Positions 8,515 through 16,493 of a stretch of DNA of 32,000 nt are shown here, piece after piece. The stretch spans positions 870,001 to 902,000 of the forward strand of contig OY759724.1 of assembly GCA_963662715.1 (NCBI GenBank), written 5' to 3'. The notes beneath the pieces were generated by a model. It saw nothing but the letters and a program-made list of their open reading frames with translations. It did no database searches and was not told where the DNA came from. How positions within the stretch are numbered: position 1 is the first letter of the stretch; every line of letters begins with the position of its first letter. A program made the translations under genes and the position numbers. The stretch comes from Candidatus Omnitrophota bacterium. Its GTDB lineage: Bacteria > Omnitrophota > Gorgyraeia > Zapsychrales > JANLHA01.

Positions 8515-11500
8515 TTACTTTTGTAAAGAAAGTTCCACATTTTCAAGGTCCTGATGATATTCCTGCAGCGATTTAGGCACTATTTTTTTATCTTTCATTT
8601 CTTCAATTCCGCTGACGGTTGCCTGAGCTGCCGCAAGTGAAGTGACATAGGGCACCTTCTTTTGTATAGCGTCCATGCGAATGTAGCTGTCATCATACAT
8701 GCTGTCTTTACCGATCGGGGTGTTGATGATCAGCTGAATCTCATTATTTTTTATGGCATCTGAAATATTCGGCCGTCCCTCATACAGCTTCTTTATCACT
8801 GTGCTCTCTATTCCATGCTCTTTAAGAAACCCGCTTGTCCCTTCTGTCGCCAAAATGTTTAAACCCAGATCGCGTATTTTTTGAGCCACGGGAAGCAAAT
8901 TTTCCCTGTCCTTTTTCGCAATAGTCAAAAGCACATTACCTGCGAAGGGCAGTTTATACCCCGCCGCTTCCTGGGCTTTATAAAAAGCCAATCCAAATGT
9001 ATCAGCAAGCCCCATAACCTCTCCCGTCGCCCTCATCTCAGGGCCCAAGAGCGGATCGACTTCCGGGAACATATTAAAAGGAAAAACAGCTTCCTTAACG
9101 CCGAAATAAGGGATCTTTTTAGGCTTAAGCTCGTCAAAATCCGTCAACTTCTTTCCAAGCATCACCTGCGTCGCCAACCGCGCGAGGGAAATGTTCGCCA
9201 CTTTTGAAACGAGGGGCACGGTTCTCGACGCCCGCGGGTTCGCCTCCAGGATATAAACTTTTCCGTCGCATATCGCGAATTGGATATTCAGCAGCCCAAC
9301 GACCTGCAATTCCTTTGCGATGGCTTTAGTATATTTCTCGATGTCCCGCATCTGATCCTCTCCGACCATCCTGCTGGGTATGGAACAGGCCGAATCCCCG
9401 GAATGAACACCTGCCAACTCAATATGCTCCATGACCGGAGCGACAAAGACATTTTCTCCGTCTGATAAGGCATCGACCTCCACCTCTATGGCTTTCTCCA
9501 GGAACCTGTCAATAAGCATCGGATGTTCCGGGCTGATATCGATAGCTTTCAGTGTATATTTTATTAGGGCTTCCTCGTCATAAATGATCTCCATGCCGCG
9601 TCCGCCAAGCACATACGAAGGACGAACCATGAGCGGATAGTTTATCCTGCGGGCAATTTCCAGCGCCTCATCTAAAGAACTTGCCGTTCCGCTTTCGGGC
9701 TGAGGGATCTCCAGCTCGATCATTTTCTCGCGGAAACTCTCCCTGTCTTCCGCAAAATTAATACTCTCCGGCGTCGTACCCAGAATCCTAACGCCGTTGT
9801 CCTTTAATTCTTGCGCCAAATTCAACGGCGTTTGCCCGCCGAACTGCACAATAACCCCCTCGGGTCTCTCTTTATGATAAATATTAAGGACATCCTCAAC
9901 TGTTAAAGGCTCAAAGTAAAGCTTATTAGAAGTATCATAATCGGTCGATACCGTCTCCGGATTGCAATTGACCATAATCGACTCATAGCCTTCATGCCGC
10001 AACGCAAAAGCAGCGTGAACACACGTGTAGTCGAACTCTATGCCCTGGCCTATCCTGTTAGGACCGCCGCCGAGAATCATTATTTTCTTGTTAGGCGAGA
10101 CCGCACTTTGATCTTCGCCTCTCGTATAAGTCGAGTAATAATAGGCTTCATCTTCAACCCCGCTGACGGGAACAGCTTCGTATCTCACTTTTATTCCAAG
10201 CTCTGCTCTTTTATCCCAGACCTCTTTTTCCTTTATTTTAAAAAGGCCGGCTAAGCATCGGTCCGAGAATCCCATTTCTTTAGCCGTCCGCAATTTTTCA
10301 GGATCAAGATTAACCCATTCATATTTTAAAAGCTCTTCTTCGTATTCCACCAAGTCTTTCATCTCCCGGATGAATGTACGCCCGATAGCGGTAAGCTTAT
10401 ACATATCCTCGACGTCCGCTCCGTGTCGCAGGGCCTCGTACAATAAAAATATCCTCTCACTTGACGGTGTGGCAAGCCTCCTTCTAAGTTCGTCCAAACT
10501 AAGATCCTTAAAATCCTTTGCCCCGCCCAATCCATAGCGATTAATTTCAAGAGAACGGATCGATTTAAGAAATGATTCCTTGAAAGTCTTGGCGATGCTC
10601 ATAACCTCGCCGACCGCTTTCATCTGGGTTCCCAGCACATCTTTGGCCTGCGGGAATTTTTCGAACGCCCAACGGGCGAATTTAATAACAACATACTCTC
10701 CCCACGGAGTATATTTTTCGAGGGTCCCATCCCGCCAATAAGGAATTTCATCCATGTTCAACCCGGCCGCTAACTTTGTGGAGATGCGGGCGATCGGGAA
10801 CCCTGTTGCCTTTGAGGCAAGGGCGGATGAGCGCGAAGTTCTCGGATTGATTTCGATCACAACGATACGGTCATCTTCAAGGTTATGCGCAAACTGCACG
10901 TTCGTCCCTCCGATAACGCCGATGCCATCAACGATCTTGTAACTCATCTCCTCCAATCTCTTTTGCAGTTCAACGGGCACCGTCAGCATAGGTGCCGCGC
11001 AAAAGCTATCTCCGGTGTGCACACCCATGGCATCGATGTTCTCAATAAAACAAACCGTGATCTTCTGGCCCCTCTCATCCCTGACAACCTCGAGTTCCAG
11101 TTCTTCCCATCCAAGGACTGACTCCTCGACAAGAACCTGGCCGACAAGACTGGCGGCAAGCCCGCGGGCGACCACAGTTCTCAATTCCTCGATATTATAA
11201 ACCAAGCCGCCGCCTGTACCGCCCATCGTGTAGGCCGGACGCAAAACGACTGGATAGCCAAGCTTCTCGGCAATTGCTTCGGCCTCCTCGACAGAATGAG
11301 AAGGTTCTGATTTCGCCATGGGAACACCAAGCTTAGTCATTGTTGCTTTAAAAGCGATCCTGTCCTCACCGCGCTCAATGGCATCTTCTTTCACCCCGAT
11401 GATTTCAACGCCATATTTCTTCAGAATGCCAGCTTTACTAAGCGCCGAGGAAAGGTTCAAGCCTGTCTGCCCTCCCAAGTTGGGCAGAATGCCGTCCGGG

Positions 11501-11745
11501 CGTTCTTTTTCGATAATGGCTGTTAAACTCTCGACGGTCAGCGGCTCAATGTAAATTTTATCAGCCGTGCCGGGGTCTGTCATAATCGTCGCAGGATTAG
11601 AGTTAACAAGAACGATCTCGAACCCTTCCTCCTTAAGCGCCTTACACGCTTGCGTCCCGGAATAATCAAATTCACAGGCCTGTCCGATGATAATCGGCCC
11701 GGAACCTATAATAAGAATTTTCTTAATGTCTGTACGTCTTGGCAT
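8515..11745 (-). CDS. carB: Carbamoyl-phosphate synthase large subunit
   Basis: 1076 aa. MPRRTDIKKILIIGSGPIIIGQACEFDYSGTQA N-terminus, duplicated ATP-grasp halves (second half IMILGGGPNRIGQGIEFDY) and a C-terminal MGS-like domain. Unmistakable CarB architecture. Confidence 0.97.
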   Translation of the reverse strand: MPRRTDIKKILIIGSGPIIIGQACEFDYSGTQACKALKEEGFEIVLVNSNPATIMTDPGTADKIYIEPLTVESLTAIIEKERPDGILPNLGGQTGLNLSSALSKAGILKKYGVEIIGVKEDAIERGEDRIAFKATMTKLGVPMAKSEPSHSVEEAEAIAEKLGYPVVLRPAYTMGGTGGGLVYNIEELRTVVARGLAASLVGQVLVEESVLGWEELELEVVRDERGQKITVCFIENIDAMGVHTGDSFCAAPMLTVPVELQKRLEEMSYKIVDGIGVIGGTNVQFAHNLEDDRIVVIEINPRTSRSSALASKATGFPIARISTKLAAGLNMDEIPYWRDGTLEKYTPWGEYVVIKFARWAFEKFPQAKDVLGTQMKAVGEVMSIAKTFKESFLKSIRSLEINRYGLGGAKDFKDLSLDELRRRLATPSSERIFLLYEALRHGADVEDMYKLTAIGRTFIREMKDLVEYEEELLKYEWVNLDPEKLRTAKEMGFSDRCLAGLFKIKEKEVWDKRAELGIKVRYEAVPVSGVEDEAYYYSTYTRGEDQSAVSPNKKIMILGGGPNRIGQGIEFDYTCVHAAFALRHEGYESIMVNCNPETVSTDYDTSNKLYFEPLTVEDVLNIYHKERPEGVIVQFGGQTPLNLAQELKDNGVRILGTTPESINFAEDRESFREKMIELEIPQPESGTASSLDEALEIARRINYPLMVRPSYVLGGRGMEIIYDEEALIKYTLKAIDISPEHPMLIDRFLEKAIEVEVDALSDGENVFVAPVMEHIELAGVHSGDSACSIPSRMVGEDQMRDIEKYTKAIAKELQVVGLLNIQFAICDGKVYILEANPRASRTVPLVSKVANISLARLATQVMLGKKLTDFDELKPKKIPYFGVKEAVFPFNMFPEVDPLLGPEMRATGEVMGLADTFGLAFYKAQEAAGYKLPFAGNVLLTIAKKDRENLLPVAQKIRDLGLNILATEGTSGFLKEHGIESTVIKKLYEGRPNISDAIKNNEIQLIINTPIGKDSMYDDSYIRMDAIQKKVPYVTSLAAAQATVSGIEEMKDKKIVPKSLQEYHQDLENVELSLQK

Positions 11746-11901
11746 GCCTTCCTCTTTTCTCTAAGATTAAACATTTGATATTTCATGCAACCAACGTCAT
11801 AAAAACTTGACCTGGCCCCCGGGATATTTTGCTCCAAAATGTCAGATACGTCAAACTAATGGGATCCTCTTTTGTCAGCACAATGACAGCCGAAGATCGT
11901 A

Positions 11902-12096
11902 TCATCTGCGTTCCTGAGCGATAAAAAGGCCCAGCAGACGAGCGATAAAAACAGTTAAAAACATCTGTCCCGTTATCGCCTCCAGGGTCGTCAAATTCCT
12001 TGCCAAAGGGGTCAAAGGCACAATATCGCCAAACCCTAATGTCGTCAACTGTAATACTGAAAATGCCGGTAGTCCACTTGATTTATACTGCCCATG
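11902..12096 (-). pseudogene. 3' remnant of a K+ channel gene (pore helix, selectivity filter and TM2 only)
   Basis: The minus-strand frame reads ...AFSVLQLTTLGFGDIVPLTPLARNLTTLEAITGQMFLTVFIARLLGLFIAQERR*. TTLGFGD is a K+-channel selectivity-filter variant of TxGYGD/TxGFGD. There is an in-frame TAA immediately upstream (12097-12099), and no start codon or TM1. Confidence 0.45.
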
Positions 12097-12174
12097 TTAA
12101 AAGCGGCCTTGACCCACCCCCAAAAAGTTGAGCCACTTTTTGTGATAGAATAATGATAACAGAAAGGGGCAAAA

Positions 12175-12348
12175 ATGGGTAAAAGATTCAAATCAGAAGA
12201 AATAATCACAAAATTACGTTAAGTTGAGATACACCTTGGTAAAGGGATGGACACAGGAGATGCCTGCCGACAAGCGGGCATATCGGAACAGACCTATTAC
12301 CGTTGGCGCAAGACATACGGCGGGATGAAAATAGATCAAGCCAAGAAG
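12175..12348 (+). pseudogene. IS3-family transposase orfA remnant (HTH_Tnp_1 type) with an in-frame stop, truncated
   Basis: Translation is MGKRFKSEEIITKLR*VEIHLGKGMDTGDACRQAGISEQTYYRWRKTYGGMKIDQAKK. This follows the IS3/IS911 OrfA pattern (RFSxEQIxxILRExE...GISxxTxYxWRxKYGGM). It has a TAA at codon 16 and breaks off before the leucine zipper. No orfB follows. Confidence 0.6.
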
Positions 12349-12351
12349 TAT

Positions 12352-12392
12352 AAAGGGGCTAGGATTTGAACCAAGGACCTTCAGGTTATGAG
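12352..12392 (-). other. 3' half of a tRNA(CAU) (Met/Ile2-like), a putative att scar of a tRNA-targeted island
   Basis: The minus strand reads CTCATAA|CCTGA|AGGTC|CTTGG|TTCAAAT|CCTAG|CCCCTTT|A. This has exact tRNA spacing: anticodon loop with CAT, 3' anticodon stem, 5-nt variable loop, T-arm with TTCAAAT loop (one stem mismatch), acceptor 3' strand, discriminator. No complementary 5' half or acceptor strand lies upstream. Confidence 0.5.
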
Positions 12393-12476
12393 AGGTCGGG
12401 GCGAAAGTTGTAACATTATTTATTGCAAGAGGTTAACTACTTCGAGGAGACCCGATGTGCCATATTTGTGCCAATA

Positions 12477-12662
12477 TTATTCGCTACCACCCTTACCCGA
12501 TTTTACCACCCGAACTACCCATACTCCATTAGCCATATGCTCCCCACAGTTATTTTTGCATTCAGGACATATGATCGGCTCTTTTTCCTTGCTTCCGGGC
12601 ATTGCACCATTATCATAGGCTTCAAGTTCTGCGCCGCATTTACTACATGTAAACTTAAACAT
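12477..12662 (-). CDS. Small zinc-ribbon protein (61 aa)
   Basis: CSKC...(21 aa)...CPEC arrangement (MFKFTCSKCGAELE...IICPECKNNCGEH). Strong SD AGGAGG 3 nt before the ATG. Confidence 0.5.
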   Translation of the reverse strand: MFKFTCSKCGAELEAYDNGAMPGSKEKEPIICPECKNNCGEHMANGVWVVRVVKSGKGGSE

Positions 12663-12765
12663 ATATGCCTCCTATCCTTACGCTTATAGATTATCGGTGA
12701 CTAACAAGAACATCGCGCATTTTTGCCATTTCTTGGACTGTTTCCGCTCTTTTCCCTTGCATCAT

Positions 12766-13386
12766 TTAACTGTCCTGATCATCATGATCCAAGTTTTTAT
12801 TATAGACTTCCACACGCCCAAGAAAAAGTACTTCAATTATTGGCGGCTGCGTCCATTTTCTGCCCATTGATTCGAGATCACAATTCTCAACCTTAACGCC
12901 AGACCAATATGCCTTCGATACATTGTCAATCGACATTGCATCAACCGAATGCGCCAAACGCAAGAAATCGACCCAACTAAGATCATGTTTTGAATAGACA
13001 CAAGGACTTACTGACTTGACCCTTTTCAATATTCGATTACCAACATGTTCTTGGTGAATTTGGTAATAACGGCGGGCCTCCTCCGGACTATCAAATAAAT
13101 AGATGGCATTTAATCGACTTGGGTAATTCTTAAAATTGGCCTCTCGTCCAAGCTCAAGGTTATATTCTGCCATGTATTCGCGCATAATATTAAGCTGATA
13201 TGGTGTTATGTCTCCCTTAAATTCAGGATTCGGTATAAACATTAAATTGGTCTTCCGATCACCGAGTATGCCTCCGGATGTAAAACCTGCTGTCACCTCA
13301 ATCTGATGTTTTACCAGCCAATTTAAAGGATTTATCCAAACCCAGAAATCCACGGGGCTTTCACTTTTATACAGATTATTGCCCAT
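12766..13386 (-). CDS. Hypothetical protein (206 aa from the internal ATG)
   Basis: The long ORF is listed as 12766-13476. The ATG at 13386 (MGNNLYKSESP...) avoids a 100-nt overlap with the upstream frame. No family recognised. Confidence 0.5.
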   Translation of the reverse strand: MGNNLYKSESPVDFWVWINPLNWLVKHQIEVTAGFTSGGILGDRKTNLMFIPNPEFKGDITPYQLNIMREYMAEYNLELGREANFKNYPSRLNAIYLFDSPEEARRYYQIHQEHVGNRILKRVKSVSPCVYSKHDLSWVDFLRLAHSVDAMSIDNVSKAYWSGVKVENCDLESMGRKWTQPPIIEVLFLGRVEVYNKNLDHDDQDS

Positions 13387-13971
13387 AGTCACACCTGGGA
13401 GCACTCTGCCATTGACCAATCTTACGTCTTGTCTCCCTCTTAGCATATTCATTAATGGCACGCTGCATCCGCGCACCTGACTGTTTTAATATCTTTTTCT
13501 TAACCTTATCCGACACATTTTCCCGGTCTTCTGCCAACTCGTTCAGATTATTCAATAAATCCACCAGCAAGAATTCCTTGGAAAGCTTCCTGGGGAATTT
13601 AGTTTTCAGGCGAAAATCAAAAACCTTCCCGCCAAACTGAAATTTCCCGCGCCGTTTATGATTATGACAATCTGTTTGTTGTATAATTGGGTTGTCCCCA
13701 CCCCCAAGGAATTATAGAGATTCGGCGATATCAAAAGGAAGTCATCGCTCTTTAGGAAAGCACGCACAAGCTTCTCATCTTCCGGAGGTACATTTCCAAA
13801 AGATGCTTTGATGGGGCAATAATACAAGCCCCTCGACATTTTCTGTAAAACACCTTCTTTAACAAGCTGCCTGAGATGCCGATCAATCGAAGCAGCCCAA
13901 CGAACAAGATCGGCCCGGCGGTAAACCTGACCCAACTTTAAATGTTTCTTTAAATTTTCCACGGACTTCAT
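13376..13971 (-). pseudogene. AbiEi-like / DUF6088-like wHTH protein split by a frameshift
   Basis: ORF 13606-13971 (MKSVENLKKHLKLGQVYRRADLVRWAASIDRHLRQLVKEGVLQKMSRGLYY...LYNKQIVII) ends shortly after a frame change. The +2 frame continues without stops from about 13660 as ...NRKRRGKFQFGGKVFDFRLKTKFPRKLSKEFLLVDLLNNLNELAED..., which is the 64-aa ORF 13376-13570. Joined, the product is about 195 aa. Confidence 0.55.
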
Positions 13972-13977
13972 CTTTTA

Positions 13978-14775
13978 CTAATTGATCTTAATAATTTTCT
14001 GAATCTCAGGCTCTCCATATTCCGCTCTCCCGGCATAGACGGCAAGATTCGGAAGGATTTGACATTCCCCAAGGCCGTGGGTATGCCCGCAAAGAACGGT
14101 CATTTCAGATTCAGGATGCTGCTCCATAACATCTCTGAAAACATCCCCTACTACCTTACAGGAAAAGAACGGCAGCCATTCCTCTCCCGAAGGCTGGCCG
14201 TTATACCGGCAAGCTTCTTTAAACGGCGGCACATGCGTCACCACAATGATATGGCGATGCTTTTTCAATGCCCTTGGAAGTGCTTTTTTAAAATGTTTAA
14301 CAGACTCATCCGCTAATTTTTGCATGGCTTCGAGGCGCTCATCTCGATTCCAAGTTTTCAGTTCCTTTATACAACGGAAATCATTTAGCTCAACCGAGCT
14401 GCCATCGAAATCGCCAAACCTTCCGTCAGCCCAGGAGTCATGACCGATCAAAGCGGTTTCTTCCGTCAAGCTGATACAATCAACCTTGTTGAGCCAGATC
14501 AATTTCTCGTATTTCTTCGTTAGATCAAAGACCGCTGAGCGGACAGCCATAATGGAGCCGGCATAAAAATCGTGATTCCCCATCACAAAATAGACAGGTC
14601 TCTCCACCGCCGACTTAATCCGTTCCAAAAAAGGAACAATGCTGTCTGCTTCTCCAATATCGCCTGAAATAAAAAAACAATCAACCGTTTCCTTCGACAA
14701 ACTTTTTAAAAAATCTTCGCGTTGATTGTATTTCAAGAAATTAAGATGTATATCCGTTAACCAAGCCGCTTTCAT
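13978..14775 (-). CDS. Calcineurin-like metallophosphoesterase
   Basis: Motif set DIHLN, GDIGE, GNHDFY, VTHVPP and CGHTHG. The ATG at 14775 (MKAAWLTDIHLNF), with AGGGGAAGG upstream, is preferred over the listed 14847 start, which would overlap abiEii. Confidence 0.8.
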   Translation of the reverse strand: MKAAWLTDIHLNFLKYNQREDFLKSLSKETVDCFFISGDIGEADSIVPFLERIKSAVERPVYFVMGNHDFYAGSIMAVRSAVFDLTKKYEKLIWLNKVDCISLTEETALIGHDSWADGRFGDFDGSSVELNDFRCIKELKTWNRDERLEAMQKLADESVKHFKKALPRALKKHRHIIVVTHVPPFKEACRYNGQPSGEEWLPFFSCKVVGDVFRDVMEQHPESEMTVLCGHTHGLGECQILPNLAVYAGRAEYGEPEIQKIIKIN

Positions 14776-14813
14776 TAAATTACAAACCTTCCCCTTTTTA
14801 TTTCCTATGGCAA

Positions 14814-15695
14814 TTATTGATCCGGCCTTAACTCCAACTTTCCCCAATACTCCTCCAGGAAAGAAAACGCCTCTTCCATCGACTTCTTCTCAACTCCACA
14901 ATCTTGTGCCATATCCGCATAAGTGCCCGCGAGTGTACCCGGCGGGATTTCCAGACTTTTGGGTATTTCATGTGTGCCACGTCGCGTAAATGTGGCTTCA
15001 ATGGCAGATACAACCGCGTCTTCCCCGGGAAGGCCCTGCTCGATCATTAAGATCAAATCGACCAAATCCCTTATTCGTGAGAAGGGACGCTTTTCTCGCG
15101 GATAAGAATAGGCGTGTATTTTTTCCGCAAAATGCTGCTCTACAGGCAAAATAGCGACACGTGCCGGTTCAATTCCGGCAAACCCCAACATATCTTCGCT
15201 GGTTTTCCATTCCTCTTTTGAAATAACTGCATCTCCAATACCGATATCGATATGAAATTTTGAAAAAACACGATTAGCCACCCTTGCCTCGACCGGATAA
15301 CGCCACCCGCCATAAACCGCTTGGTCAAATTCTCTCATCGGCAACCCGATAAAAAACTGAAACCAATCCGACAGATCTTTCTTGGCCTTTTCTTGGAGCA
15401 TTTCCCGAATCGTATTTTCATCCGGGGAATTCATGTGCGGTATTGAAAAATCGATATCTTTGGTTGTCCTCGCCAAATGATGAAAACGAAACTCGAGGGC
15501 ATACCCGCCCTTAAGAAGCCATTGCTGGTTTGGTTTATCAGGATCAAATAACCTGGCAAGAAACCGGTCAAATGTAACCTGCCTTCTCAAACGGTCCAAC
15601 GGAATCGCGCGCTTTCGGGCAATGTTTTTAAGCCTGTCTTCCAGCGCCTTTCTGAAATGAATTGCATTATCATATTTCTTAAAATTTTCAACCAT
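14814..15695 (-). CDS. AbiEii/AbiGii-family nucleotidyltransferase toxin (type IV TA)
   Basis: 293 aa. The pattern RRQVTFDRFLARL...LLKGGYALEFRF...RTTKDIDFS is typical of DUF1814/AbiEii. Its start overlaps the stop of the upstream AbiEi gene by 1 nt. Confidence 0.85.
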   Translation of the reverse strand: MVENFKKYDNAIHFRKALEDRLKNIARKRAIPLDRLRRQVTFDRFLARLFDPDKPNQQWLLKGGYALEFRFHHLARTTKDIDFSIPHMNSPDENTIREMLQEKAKKDLSDWFQFFIGLPMREFDQAVYGGWRYPVEARVANRVFSKFHIDIGIGDAVISKEEWKTSEDMLGFAGIEPARVAILPVEQHFAEKIHAYSYPREKRPFSRIRDLVDLILMIEQGLPGEDAVVSAIEATFTRRGTHEIPKSLEIPPGTLAGTYADMAQDCGVEKKSMEEAFSFLEEYWGKLELRPDQ

Positions 15696-16306
15696 CAGCC
15701 CTTCTCCTGTCTATGCTTGATTTGTTTTAGAACCATCGTAATTCTCTTCCGTGCTCTTTCAGACATATCAGCGCTGGCAATATCTATGATCTGAATAAGC
15801 CCGCGGTCACACGCTTGGCTGACAGCCTGCGTAAGATAATCCGCGCTGAGATTTGATTCAGCAGAATCGATAACGGTTTGAAGAGGCGTTGTCACAAAAA
15901 AGCCCTCTCTTTGCTCTTTAGCAATATCCGGGATGATTCCTTTATGAATAGCGCATCCTTTGGGCGCCTTTTTCCTGAATCCAGGAGGAACTGTAAAATG
16001 AATTTTACCCGGCATAACATCACTAAGTTCATGAATGCTTAGGGCTGAATCATGCGACATCACCGCTTGTGGCTGACCGCTGCGGTCCCTGCTCCAAAGT
16101 GACCACCGCACATAGTCCTCATCCGGAGAGTTTGGAAATTGGGCAAGCCGGAATACACCTCTGTCTATCTCAAGCCATTCCCCGTTTTGCCGGTAATGAC
16201 TTTGCATACGGTAAGAATAGCCCGCATTGATGGCCTGCTTTGCGGTAAAATACCCTTGCTGGGCTGAAGCCACTTCAAACAGTTTTTCTCGTTTGTTATT
16301 TTCCAT
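15695..16306 (-). CDS. AbiEi-family antitoxin / transcriptional autoregulator (type IV TA)
   Basis: MENNKREKLFEVASAQQGYFTAKQAINAGYSYRMQSHYRQNGEWLEIDRGVFRL is an AbiEi_4-type N-terminal wHTH. The ATG at 16306 is preferred to the TTG at 16315. It lies immediately upstream of abiEii. Confidence 0.8.
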   Translation of the reverse strand: MENNKREKLFEVASAQQGYFTAKQAINAGYSYRMQSHYRQNGEWLEIDRGVFRLAQFPNSPDEDYVRWSLWSRDRSGQPQAVMSHDSALSIHELSDVMPGKIHFTVPPGFRKKAPKGCAIHKGIIPDIAKEQREGFFVTTPLQTVIDSAESNLSADYLTQAVSQACDRGLIQIIDIASADMSERARKRITMVLKQIKHRQEKG

Positions 16307-16309
16307 AAT

Positions 16310-16387
16310 GCACAATCCTTACACTATATGTAATAAATATACAATAATATATTAATTTGTCAAGCACAATCATTACATAAAATGTAA
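16310..16387 (-). promoter_or_regulatory. abiE promoter flanked by two 24-bp operator-like repeats
   Basis: GCACAATCCTTACACTATATGTAA (16310-16333) and GCACAATCATTACATAAAATGTAA (16364-16387) match at 20 of 24 positions, and each contains TTACA-N5-TGTAA. Between them the minus strand reads TTGACA (16363-16358), a 16-nt spacer, then TATATT (16341-16336). Confidence 0.5.
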
Positions 16388-16493
16388 CATTTATGCGTCT
16401 GAGTCTCTCCCCCCGATATATGTGAACCCGTCAGGGGGCCCCAAAGGGGGGATTTCGGTTTTGGAGACCCTAAAATTACCGCCCTTCAGGTAT

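Noticed and set aside
8881-11554. Numerous plus-strand ORFs of 60-110 aa inside carB (for example 8881-9207, 9994-10254, 10885-11121, 11318-11554)
   Set aside because: All lie antisense within an unmistakable 1076-aa CarB frame. Their products are low-complexity or Arg/Ser/Pro-rich, as expected of shadow ORFs.
12352-12430. Possibility of an intact tRNA gene at the junction
   Set aside because: Only the anticodon loop through the discriminator is present. The sequence where the 5' acceptor strand and D-arm should lie has no complementarity to CCCCTTT and no D-arm features.
12388-12689. Plus-strand ORFs 12388-12618 and 12423-12689
   Set aside because: They are antisense to the SD-led zinc-ribbon ORF and begin inside the tRNA remnant. 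The products have no motifs.
14726-15105. ORFs 14726-14989 (+), 14828-15013 (-) and 14923-15105 (+) around the abiEii 3' end
   Set aside because: They overlap the AbiEii frame, which carries the family motifs. They have no RBS or recognisable domains.
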